A DNA stretch of 63,911 nt, counting the filler, from Phoronis australis (lineage: Eukaryota > Animalia > Phoronida): assembly GCA_002633005.1 (NCBI GenBank). It is 4 parts of 4 records of this genome, joined end to end, with 100 filler letters (N's around TTAATTAATTAA, not from the genome) between each part and the next. Parts side by side here need not be neighbours in the genome. Positions count along the whole stretch, not along the records: positions 31,458 to 50,911 come from NMRA01001030.1; 3 more parts are not named here. One strand, written 5' to 3'. Shown here in pieces: positions 36,612 through 47,855 of the stretch (positions within the stretch are counted from its first letter, which is position 1; every line of letters begins with the position of its first letter). Position numbers and translations under genes: made by a program. The notes under the pieces are model-generated. The model was given only the letters and a program-made list of their open reading frames with translations, searched no databases and was not told the origin of the DNA.

Positions 36612-38241
36612 CTGTTGACGCGACAGGCTCCACTGATTGTTTAGACTCAATAGATTGCTTCAATGCCGTCTTGACAGCACGTTTCTTCAGCGATGTGATC
36701 AAGCTGGAGATACCGTTTGGACCAATACCACTGTGGAAACGCAGAAAGTGCTGAAGAAGGTTGCGGCGCTCGCTAAAACCCTTGCCACACTCGCGGCAGA
36801 AACTGTGCTTCTCTCCTGTATGGATACGCTCATGTCGCCGCAATGCAAATGGTTTGGAAAATGATTTGTTGCAAACCCGGCAGATGGTACGATTGCGTGA
36901 GGTGGAGATACGCAGACTGCTGTTGGAATTGTCATGCACGCGACACACTTCTGGTTTCTTGGTGCCAACAGGCCGACTACCATTAGAAGCAGCACTACCA
37001 CCTATAGACTGACTACTTGCACAATCAGTATTACGACTTGCTTTCTTATTACTGCCGGTAGCAGGTATTACCCTTGGAGGTTTTAAATCGAACGGGATCT
37101 TCAGATGCATCCTAGCAAAGTGAATAGTAGCCTTCTCATAATCCTGGAAGATGGTACGGCAACGATGACACTTGTACAGGAACCTCGTCTCACCAGTTTC
37201 AACATCCCTACCTTCTATACAGCTGAGTATAGTCTTCTCCTCTTTGACGATAACACGTGGACCCAGGACGGCACCAGCATTCAGCTTGACAGAGGATGCT
37301 TTTTGAGAGGGCTCGGTACTACTCTCAAGAACCACCGAGGTGACCGGAGGTTCACATATAGCATCATGACTGGCCATGTCTGAATTCGGTTGTAAACACA
37401 CCATAGGGTTCGCTATGACTGGCTGCAGAAAAACAGGCTCAATCACTTTACCTGTATCTGTTCCACTGCTGGTTGCCAACTGCAGCAGTGCTTCACCCTG
37501 TACAGAAGTGTCCCCTATTGTGGCCGGCTCATACTGGTCTTCAATCGATTTAGTTAATACAGCTTTTCTATTCATTCTCTCAAAGTCCAGTTGGCCCTTA
37601 GCGGTCATTTTGGGCTGTACGGTACGTCCGTCCTCGAAACGGATGCTGGTTTTGACACCTTGAACTGTCTTGCCATTCACTTCGTTAAAGTTGACCGGGT
37701 GAAAGACCAACCCATTCTTGCGACCTTTCACCGGAACGGCAGCTTTACGCCTGGCTGAACCAATGGATATTCGAGGCGCCTTCTGGATGGCTGCTGATTC
37801 AGTGACAGTAGCGCCACCTTCCTCCTTTCTATCCTTATTGCCATGTTCCGACTGATCTGACATTGTGATACTTGCCTGGGAACGACGCTCTCCAATGGCC
37901 AGCAATGACTCAAGCCTGGAGTTATTAGCCTCATGAGCGGGATTGATGACACCCTTGGATTTCTTGTTCAGTAGACTGATCATTATACGATGTGACGAGG
38001 CATTGGTTACCTCCACCAACTCTATGGGTCTCCAGCCTGCTTCCTGTTTCACAATGACTTCACCCGTCTTGCTGGCTCTGGAGGTGGACTCACTGGCACC
38101 ACTCTCCGAGTCCAAATGAGGCTTCGTCTTCAGACGGTCGTATCGCTCTTGCAGACCCTGACTGAGCTCCACGTCAGCGTTGTGGCTCACCTTCATATGG
38201 TACATCAAACTGCCTTTGGCACGGAAGCCTCTTTTGCACAC
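36612..38241 (-). CDS. Zinc-finger gene large exon (end of one finger plus 3 fingers)
   Basis: 1630-bp open frame from TTTTGCAG|[20 protein letters not shown] through [31 protein letters not shown] and [10 protein letters not shown] to donor GTAAGT. Confidence 0.95.
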
Positions 38242-39069
38242 CTGCAAAACAAACAAACAAGCAAACAATTAGATCTCTATCTCTGCTTCATCAATTCTGT
38301 TAATAATTCAACATTAATTGATCCTTTCATTAATACTCAGATTCCTTCTCAGCCAATCTGTGTATTTTATCATATAATTGTACAGGAATTCCATATGCAC
38401 AGTACAGGTGCACTGTGCAGCATTTAACCACCAAAACTACTATCTTACAAAAAAGAAATGAACTAAACCCCTTAGTTCGTAAACCTGGTCAAATAACAAA
38501 TCCGTTATGAACATTAAAACCCTCAGTGGGTTAAAGAAAATGATTCAATGTTTGAGGTATACCAAAATGCAAATTGCAAATTCTAGAAAGGTGCATTGCT
38601 AGTCACTTGAGTTACTGGCTCATGATTGGATGAGGGAGATGCTTTAGTTGAAATCAATACCATGGTTGTTGATGTTGCGATTTTGGGAACGAATACCGAT
38701 CACATTCCATGCGGAAATATTTAAATATCACGCAAAATTACCAACCAATGATTAGAAAATTCTACTCAAGATAAGAATCACTTCTGGAAAACGTTAGTCT
38801 CATCTTTTTGAGGCACTGCCGATGAGGGGTGGTGACATGGGGTTACATGGGGTGAAGGGGGTGGGGTGAATAACACCGGTGGGGTGATATGGGATGAATT
38901 GGTGGTGAAAGATGGTCGGGTGAGTTGGTGGAGGGGATAATTGGTGGAGGGGATAATTGGTGGGGGGGGGAGTGAATTTTCCCCTATATTTTCATTTTCC
39001 TCAAGGGAATAATAGCAATATAACAGTTTAGTGGATCATAACTTCTGCATACCTTACAGACAGGCATTG

Positions 39070-39285
39070 AGCAGACCATTGAACTGGTTATACAGCAGAC
39101 CACTGAGCTGATTATACATCAGATCATTGAGCTGGTTATACAGCAGACCACTGAGCTGATTATACATCAGATCATTGAGCTGGTTATACAGCAGACCACT
39201 GAGCTGATTATACATCAGATCATTGAGCTGGTTATACAGCAGACCACTGAGCTGGTTATACAGCAGATCACTGAGCTGGTTACAC
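39070..39285. repeat. 24-bp minisatellite with 48-bp higher-order alternation
   Basis: Alternating CAGCAGACCACTGAGCTGATTATA and CATCAGATCATTGAGCTGGTTATA. Confidence 0.92.
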
Positions 39286-39650
39286 AACTTGTTTACATCA
39301 AAGGACTAGCCTCATTTGGACACTGTGTTCACTTGTTAACTTTCAGAAAACTAAAAATGACAAACTTGTGAAAACTCACCAACAGCATAATCAATGTGCA
39401 ATGAGTAAGTGTTGTTAACTACACACAATGACATCACTGAACAAATGGAACTGAATAACACAAAGAATCACAGATGCTAAGCTCGAGTTTTAGTTGAAAT
39501 TGTTTGGCTTGGCCTAATTAGTGCACTTGGGTAAAGTTTTCATACAGACAAGTGAAACTGTTGATTTACTTAGCTGACAGGCACAGCCTGATGGTACTGT
39601 TTAAGTTGACAACCTAGACCTGTGACGGACTGAGAAGTTACAACACTCAC

Positions 39651-40178
39651 ATGGCATGTGAAGGGTTTCTCGCCTGTGTGTACCATCATATGCCGACGAA
39701 GATCACTGGGTTTCTGACATGCCTTCTGGCAATGGGGTAATGGACAAACGCGTGTGCTAGCCTCGACCACATACAATTGACAGCCGTCAGGGGGTACTGG
39801 CTCCCCTTCTTGGAGGATGGGCGACTGTACCCGCTTCAGATCATGTTCTGCGTGATGGCCACAGGTGACGTAGAATTCCCGTTTTGATGGTGACACAGAA
39901 CGCTCATCTTTGTCCTTATTCTCATCAGTGACAAACTTTGCCAGGGGCATGTCCTCACTGTTCTCACTATCATCCGCCTCGCCTTCATCGGACTTTGCTT
40001 CCGTTTTCACATACTTGTTCACCGATGAACTTCTCAACTGACGGCCCTCACTTTCTACCTTCCGTTTGCGTGCCCCTGACAACTTCTCAGCAATGTTACT
40101 CTCTGGGTTCTCTATACCATGATCCATGTATTCATGATAGTGTAGGCTTCGTTTGGCTTTAAATGACCGACTACACAC
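39651..40178 (-). CDS. Zinc-finger gene exon
   Basis: CACAG|VCSRSFKAKRSLHYHEYMDH...[32 protein letters not shown]|GTGAGT; 528 bp, phase 0 to 0. Confidence 0.95.
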
Positions 40179-40486
40179 CTGTGATGAAGAAGAAGCAGAG
40201 AGAGTGTGTTACAAACATGTTAGATGAGAGTACAATCAAGTTGTATAGTAAAGTCTATAACACAACACATTAGTTAATACTGGGTCAATTCTGTGAAAAG
40301 GTCAACCTCGAGACAAAAAATTAAAATTGTGACTACACTAACAATTTTGGTCTCATCTGAAAGCCCATTCTCTCTAGTTTCAGGACCCATATTTGACTGT
40401 CCTATGACTTTCAATTTTTTGTTACTTGACCCTAAAAAGAACAGATGCAACTGGGAAAAGAATAAATAAAAAAGCAAAAAAGGCAT

Positions 40487-40889
40487 GCAGGCCTCATGGT
40501 TGGGCCCATTGCACAAAACACCTGAGCAAAAGCACGAGAGCCCAATTATGGCTCCTCGTGAAGAAAGTTTTCAAGTCTGCCAGTCTCCTTTAGGAAAACG
40601 GACAGCCATTTCCATTTGTTGCCATGCACTATATGTTGTAGGCATGTAACAGTGCCATCCAGTAGGTTGCTCGTTAGCCTATAAAAAGCTGGGCAAAATC
40701 TACCAGGTGTTTAGGAGATTGTACATCACTACCACACTCGGGACACACAGGGCTCCCCATATGCCCAATAATGTGTCAGTCGGGCTAGGTTGCCGAGGCC
40801 CGTCAAAATTTGAATGACATGTCTTATACCCAATCTAGCTAGACTCAGAAGGTTTTTTGAACCTTTCAATTCGATCACTTTGGAAAAAT
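40487..40889 (-). mobile_element. Second copy of the LINE 3' fragment (intronic, frameshifted)
   Basis: Aligns to 689-1095 with substitutions and small indels; T-rich tail on the element strand at ~40455-40482. Confidence 0.85.
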
Positions 40890-42680
40890 AAATACCTCCC
40901 CGAATGTTTTTTGAAACTCGAAAAAAATTCCATCATGGATCACGAAATTCATAATTGTACTAGTGAATACTGTGATGTGACATTATTTAAAGCAGCCTCT
41001 CCTTAAATTTAAAAAGAAGGCATGAGTTAAAGAGCTGGATGAAAACTTAATCATGCTAATCACTGAAAAGAAACCAACATCTGATAAGTTAGTTCTACAT
41101 ATTCCTAAATCATAATCCTAAATGCAATTAATAATTAAAAAATGTCTTGCTTTCACAGACAGCCCAGGTGATTTCAATATGAATGCCAAAAGTTGATGTT
41201 GTCTACTAAACCATGCTTCACACTTTGTTTTGAGAAGATACTGAAGTCCTGTTACTAATACTTTTTAAAAAACCAATGATTATTACTTACATGGCATTCA
41301 TCAGAACCATCAACGGCATGGTCCAGAGAATAATTTTATGCAAGCTTAGGGTGAGTTCTAATTTAAAAAACAATTTATTAAAATGTGTTTTTATGACAGT
41401 GGTTAGTAATGTTTTAAAATTTTATTTCAGATTTTATATTTTGACAGTCACATTTATTTATTGATTTTGAATTATTGTTCTATTTAACACATAAAAACAG
41501 GTTTTCCTGGCAACTAGTAGTTGTCAAATACAAAATTCTTATTTCCACCTATATGGCTTACCATCTTCAAAGGGAAGTGGAGATTTTAGGGGTTGTTTTA
41601 TATCTTTAATCAAATGTATTGAAAAGTTAAAACCCTAGAGTATATTCCTAGCATAGGCCTACCAATGAAGATTTCCTATGAAAGGTCAATCGGTACATTT
41701 TAATTAAGAAACATTGAATTAGTAGCAAAAGGCCAATATAGCTTAAATACTGCCAAAGCATGAATCATTTTAAGTTGATATCTTAGTCACAACAAACAAT
41801 TTAATACTAGAAATTCAGACGGTACATACAACACGTATGTCCGTCACACTAACTCAACTTCTATTGAGCTGTCTGACAAAAATTTCTTAAAAGATATTAT
41901 CAAAAAATTAATGTGTTGTACTTTACAAACATTCCACTATATCATCATACAAAACAAAAAATTCTAAGTTAATGCAACTCACAGAAAATTGATGTTAAAA
42001 TTAAAAAAAAAAAAATTGAATTCTCTGCATACGTCTGTCACACCCTTTTAAAGGCAATTTTCTCAGTCAGGTTAAAAGATAGGGGAAAGTTGATACATGC
42101 CTTGAAAGGTATCAGTGAGACCTATGAAGTGATGTATTAATTATTTTCCTGGGATGAAAATTTTTTTCCCAATTGATCAAAATGTTCTGTGATTGTACGT
42201 CCGTCACAAATGTAATTGCCCAGTGATCATACCATGTCATCACCAGCCAATTATAACCTTGACATTTATGGTCTGATATCTGCAAGATGGCTACTTCACT
42301 GAATAGTTTACTTCCTGTTTACATATTTTTGCAACTAATTATATTTTCCGAGCAGTCTGAATGTCATTCTTACTATTACAACATGTCATCAGCTGCCACA
42401 GCCAAGGTTGGTTCCATCAACCTCAAAATATTTCCATGTACTTGCCGTGAAGAAGTTCAATTCCAACACTTGAGCCCCAACTAATCACTTCAGTGGCAGT
42501 AGTTTTAGTCGAGTGTGATCGCGGGGATTCTCATGAAATACGAGCTTTTCACTAACGTGATTTTGTGAGACCTTACTTGTGTCACAATAAAACAAGTCAG
42601 CAGAATGCAGAACTAGGTCAGCAGAATGCAGTGGTAGAGAACGATCAAAGTGATCTAACTAACGCTGATGTTAAACTCAC

Positions 42681-42977
42681 ATTACATGTGAAGGGCTTCT
42701 CCCCAGTGTGACTGCGTACATGGCGTTGGAGATCAGATGGACTCTTCTTTACCACTCCGCAGTATTGACAGGTCCGACGCTGTAGGGCCTGCGACACGTC
42801 GTTCTTGTCCACTGCCACTTCGCTGGGGTCCTCTTGTGACACGTCACTCTTGTCCAGTGATACTTCGCTGGGGTCCTCCTGAGACACATTGTCCTTGTCC
42901 ACTGATTGCACACTGAGGTCCTCCTGCAGCGGTGGGGAAGCACTAGGAATTGTTGCATCTGATATCACGTCACAGTT
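42681..42977 (-). CDS. Zinc-finger gene exon with 15-aa acidic repeat and a C2H2 finger
   Basis: TTTTCAG|NCDVISD...[30 protein letters not shown]|GTGAGT; 297 bp, phase 0 to 0. Confidence 0.93.
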
Positions 42978-43021
42978 CTGAAAACAAACAACATTTTCAA
43001 AGTCATGCATAGTTACACATC

Positions 43022-43193
43022 ACAATGTTGAACACTCCTTAAGTGTACAAGTGGTCCACAACATACAATGTTGAACACTTCTTAAGTGTACAAGTGGTCC
43101 ACAACATACAATGTTGAACACTCCTTAAGTGTACATGTGGTCCACAACATACAATGTTGAACACTCCTTAAGTGTACAAGTGGCCCACAACTT
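43022..43193. repeat. 43-bp minisatellite, 4 copies
   Basis: Unit ACAATGTTGAACACTCCTTAAGTGTACAAGTGGTCCACAACAT. Confidence 0.95.
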
Positions 43194-44639
43194 ACGACAG
43201 CGTGACAAAATCTGATGGCTAATTGGACAATTCTATTTCCATGAACAAGTGAAGCCCATCACAACCATCAGCTCCACACCCAATAAAACACTTCTGGGCA
43301 GGGCTTCATCAAGCGAGCATCCAAACCGTTAATTGAATTTCCAGTGACAAATTTGGACACCTTTAGGATGCCCAAACCCGATTTTGGACATCCAGTTTCG
43401 TATCAAGAACGATTTTTGTCAATCAGTGCTAGCGTCTGAGTGAACAGAGAGGCAGAGATTTTCACTGAAGAATGTTCAAGCTGAATGAAGACTAATCACA
43501 GGTTTTGTGAGGCAAGCTCACCCATGTATTATCCAATAACAGTCACTTAGTGCAAATTTATCACGCAAGCCTTTAAGTTTATATATAGCCGTCCTTAGTA
43601 AAGACAGAACTTTATTTTGTTCGAGTTCAACAGGATGGCCAGAAATTAAAAAGACTGACAAAAATTTATAAAGTCCTTTGAAATGACAACCACTTTCTTG
43701 GCCGGCTGTTGCTCAAAGAGGTTGATTACCAGTCATTTCAGAAACAAGAACTTTACTGCGCAAAAAGTGCTTTTTTAATGCTTTTTTAATATTGCGTGTG
43801 CCTTGCAACGCTGGTCGGACTTACTGGCAGCATTGTTAGAAATCTCAACAAACCTTTGAATGGAAATACTTTCAACGACTCCGACTTGTTGTTTCTTTTG
43901 CATTTCTCACATAGACGAAAACTACTGCTTAGTTTGGTGCAGTTCTCATTGTCATCGACCAATCAAAATTGGAAAGCACAGCGGTAGTCGAACCCGGCTA
44001 TCAGACGTCAAGTTAATGGGAATAGACTTTAAAAATTGTGACCTTGCAAGGAGTTTAGTATTTACAGACACAGTTGCATAAATAATGTAACTAGGGACAA
44101 CCACAGTTACGTTGACCTCATCTGAAAATCCACAGCAGTCGTGCTCATGTCTGTAGCAACATATCTGCCAATTTTCATAAAGGTCCTCGGAGCAGTGTGA
44201 TACAAAAGCAAATGGTCAAAACGGACTACGAAATAATTGACCAGGCCACTAGGTGGCGCAAAATACATTGAATCCATCGCAAATTGGAAAGATGGTGTCA
44301 TCTTCATAACAGAAACAGGTTTTCTAATTTGATGAAAAAACATCAAGGAACTCAGAAGAGATAAAGGTAAAAAATAAAATTACAACTGGGTGACACAGCA
44401 GTAGTCAGATCCGTAAAAAGTCAGGGGTTGCCACTGTCATATCTATTGGAAAACACCTGCAAAGGAATCAGGAGCTGCACCCACGGTCGCAAAAAAATAC
44501 AAAATCACATCAAGGGGACGCCACAGGTGTCAGAACCGTCCAAATATCGGTGTCAGCCATAACCTTCTCATCAGGACTTATTCATAATTGTCGCTTCACT
44601 AGAAACCTAATTGGCGTGTACTAACAACAAGTACCTTAC

Positions 44640-44725
44640 CTCAGCAGTATCATCCACATCTGTGCTTTGACCAGTAAGAGTGCTCAGGCTGGATGTATTA
44701 GTTTGGGCCTCCATCAACTCCACAT
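44640..44725 (-). CDS. Zinc-finger gene 86-bp exon, copy A
   Basis: TGTTACAG|(D)VELMEAQTNTSSLSTLTGQSTDVDDTAE|GTAAGG; ends in phase 0, matching exon 42681-42977. Confidence 0.7.
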
Positions 44726-45257
44726 CTGTAACAGGTAATTTAACAGTCAACAAGATAGCCATTAAATCTCAACATATTCTAAAGGAAGTGGTTGCACACC
44801 AGACAGATGCTACAGCCACCTGTTGACGTAACAGTTAAACCAATACGGTAAAATCTCACCAACTTTGGACAAAATAATGGTTACTATGGCAAAACTTAAA
44901 ATGATCATAAAGTCTTAATTGGTGCTACTAATGAAAATATGATATGTTAAAATATGATAAGTTAAAATACGATATGTTAAAATATCGTTTGTCTACAATA
45001 TTGATGAGATTTTACTGTACTGTACAAGGAAGATGATCAGACAGAGGGCACTGTGACCTGAGAGTCATGCAAGATGATCAGACAGAGGGCACTGTGACCT
45101 GAGAGTCATGCAGTGCCATAGTCGGTAAACAAACGCTTAAAAGTAAATAGGGTTGGAAGTCCGCAAAACGAAAGAGTAGAATCAAGTACCATACACATCA
45201 CACTCGAATTGCACGTCAAACATTAACCCACACACGTTAAAATTGTGTTCACATGAA

Positions 45258-46095
45258 CACATTTATCTCAAGAAATAATACTGTACAGTGAATGTAACAG
45301 CACACATTTATCTCAAGAAATAATACAGTACAGTGAATGTAACAGCACACATTTATCTCAAGAAATAATACTGTACAGTGAATGTAACAGCACACATTTA
45401 TCTCAAGAAATAATACTGTACAGTGAATGTAACAGCACACATTTATCTCAAGAAATAATACTGTACAGTGAATGTAACAGCACACATTTATCTCAAGAAA
45501 TAATACTGTACAGTGAATGTAACAGCACACATTTATCTCAAGAAATAATACTGTACAGTGAATGTAACAGCACACATTTATCTCAAGAAATAATACTGTA
45601 CAGTGAATGTAACAGCACACATTTATCTCAAGAAATAATACTGTACAGTGAATGTAACAGCACACATTTATCTCAAGAAATAATACTGTACAGTGAATGT
45701 AACAGCACACATTTATCTCAAGAAATAATACTGTACAGTGAATGTAACAGCACACATTTATCTCAAGAAATAATACTGTACAGTGAATGTAACAGCACAC
45801 ATTTATCTCAAGAAATAATACTGTACAGTGAATGTAACAGCACACATTTATCTCAAGAAATAATACTGTACAGTGAATGTAACAGCACACATTTATCTCA
45901 AGAAATAATACTGTACAGTGAATGTAACAGCACACATTTATCTCAAGAAATAATACTGTACAGTGAATGTAACAGCACACATTTATCTCAAGAAATAATA
46001 CTGTACAGTGAATGTAACAGCACACATTTATCTCAAGAAATAATACTGTACAGTGAATGTAACAGCACACATTTATCTCAAGAAATAATACTGTA
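45258..46095. repeat. 45-bp minisatellite, ~18.5 almost identical copies
   Basis: Unit CACATTTATCTCAAGAAATAATACTGTACAGTGAATGTAACAGCA; a single copy also at ~46845-46890. Confidence 0.97.
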
Positions 46096-46161
46096 NTGTA
46101 AAGGCATAGTTGTCGCTTCACTAGAAACCTAATTGGCGTGTACTAACAACAAGTACCTTAC

Positions 46162-46247
46162 CTCAGCAGTATTATCCACATCTGTACTTTGACCAGTAAG
46201 AGTGCTCAGGCTGGATGTATTAGTTTGGGCCTCCATCAACTCCACAT
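46162..46247 (-). CDS. Zinc-finger gene 86-bp exon, copy B (inside duplicated block 46105-46890)
   Basis: Same splice sites as copy A; differs by one synonymous change and GAT to AAT (D to N). Confidence 0.55.
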
Positions 46248-46989
46248 CTGTAGCAGGTAATTTAACAGTCAAAAAGATAGCCATTAAAACTCAACATATT
46301 CTAAAGGAAGTGGTTGCACACCAGACAGATGCTACAGCCACCTGTTGACGTAACAGTTAAACCAATACGGTAAAATCTCACCAACTTTGGACAAAATAAT
46401 TGACAAATTTGATTCTTCTTCCAAAAGTGTTGCAGATGTCACAAGTTCTCAAAATACCCTCTGATGGTTACTATGGCAAAACTTAAAATGATCATAAAGT
46501 CTTTATTTGGTGCTACTAATGAAAATATGATATGTTAAAATATGATAAGTTAAAATACGATATGTTAAAATATCGTTTGTCTACAATATTGATGAGATTT
46601 TGCTGTACTGTGCAAGGAAGATGATCAGACAGAGGGCACTGTGACCTGAGAGTCATGCAAGATGATCAGACAGAGGGCACTGTGACCTGAGAGTCATGCA
46701 GTGCCATAGTCGGTAAACAAACGCTTAAAGTAAATAGGGTTGGAAGTCCGCACAACGAAAGAGTAGAATCAAGTACCATACACATCACACTCGAATTGCA
46801 CGTCAAACATTAACCCGCACACGTTGAAATTGCGTTCACATGAACACATTTATCTCAAGAAATAATACTGTACAGTGAATGTAACAGCACGGAAATCAAA
46901 CCGTATGAATGAACTTATTCACTCCAAGAATTGACATTTTACTTTTCGCTTGTCACTCCGCCACATACTTTTTTAACCTGCCAGTGAAC

Positions 46990-47149
46990 TCATGGACTAA
47001 AGCATTCACTGTGCTCATTGGACTAAACCATTCACTGTGCTCATTGGACTAAAGCATTCACTGCACTCATTGGACTAAAGCATTCACTGCGCTCATTGGA
47101 CTAAACCATTCACTGTGCTCATTGGACTAAAGAATTCACTGCGCTCATT
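46990..47149. repeat. 26-bp minisatellite, ~6 copies
   Basis: Unit CTCATTGGACTAAAGCATTCACTG(T/C)G. Confidence 0.92.
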
Positions 47150-47855
47150 AGTTGGCATTTGGGTCACTATACGACGTCATTAGGTAAAAAACTAAGGGTT
47201 GAAGACAGCAGACGATTTGATTCCAAGTTGTTAGATGAAAAAAGAGGTGAAATATAACGGTAAGACTGTTTGAGGTACTGTTAATGTGTCAAGGGTTTGG
47301 TTAGTACTAACACACTGACACACTGGCGCACTGACACACTGACAAAACATTTCCCTCACATTCTTTTGGTTTATCCATTTCACTAAGCGAACCGCAACAG
47401 ATTTTCATGGATATGTTCAAGATATGCTGACTAAATTGTTTCCAGAGTCACAGTATGAGTTAATTATAAGTTAACATTATAATATATGCATGTTTCATTT
47501 ATTTGCTGGGATGCAGTGTTTCCCCTGGGTTTTGAAAGGAGCGTGGTGTTAAATGACCAAAACGGGGTGCAAAGCCCATTGCCGCACGCGAATATGAGAA
47601 ATGGGATCCCCCTATTGTCTGGGTTTCGAAAGGAGCGTGGTGGTGAATGCTCGACGCGGATGTGGAACCTGGCGCCACATGTGAGCATGGGATGAAGTGA
47701 CATCCTCCCATTGGAAAATTAGATGCAATTGGTTGCAGTTTACTTATCATAGACAAGACCTTAACCCGAGCATCATGTAGTGGAAGTATCTGGGTAAAGG
47801 ACACTTAGCAAGAGAAATTGGCAACGAAGAGTCCGGCATAGTGTGATCTCTGTAG

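Larger units (their letters stand above)
31770..46247 (-). other. Span of multi-C2H2 zinc-finger protein gene (partial, ~1,160 codons, 11 fingers)
   Basis: Ten exons join in frame with canonical GT-AG sites and matching phases; TGEKPF linkers. It starts at a phase-1 acceptor and ends at a donor, so both ends are open. Confidence 0.85.

Noticed and set aside
39054-39287. ORF with repeated YNQLSGLL/YNQLNDLM resembling leucine-rich repeats
   Set aside because: Translation of a 24-bp intronic minisatellite; the flanking exons join in frame without it.
45249-46121. 290-aa ORF of repeated CYIHCTVLFLEINVC, and a CRISPR-like appearance
   Set aside because: It is a 45-bp tandem array without spacers; the open frame follows from a stop-free unit whose length is a multiple of 3. 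The context is intronic and eukaryotic.
47499-47804. 101-aa minus-strand ORF as an upstream zinc-finger exon
   Set aside because: Ends in a stop, has no matching splice sites, and shows no recognisable domain.
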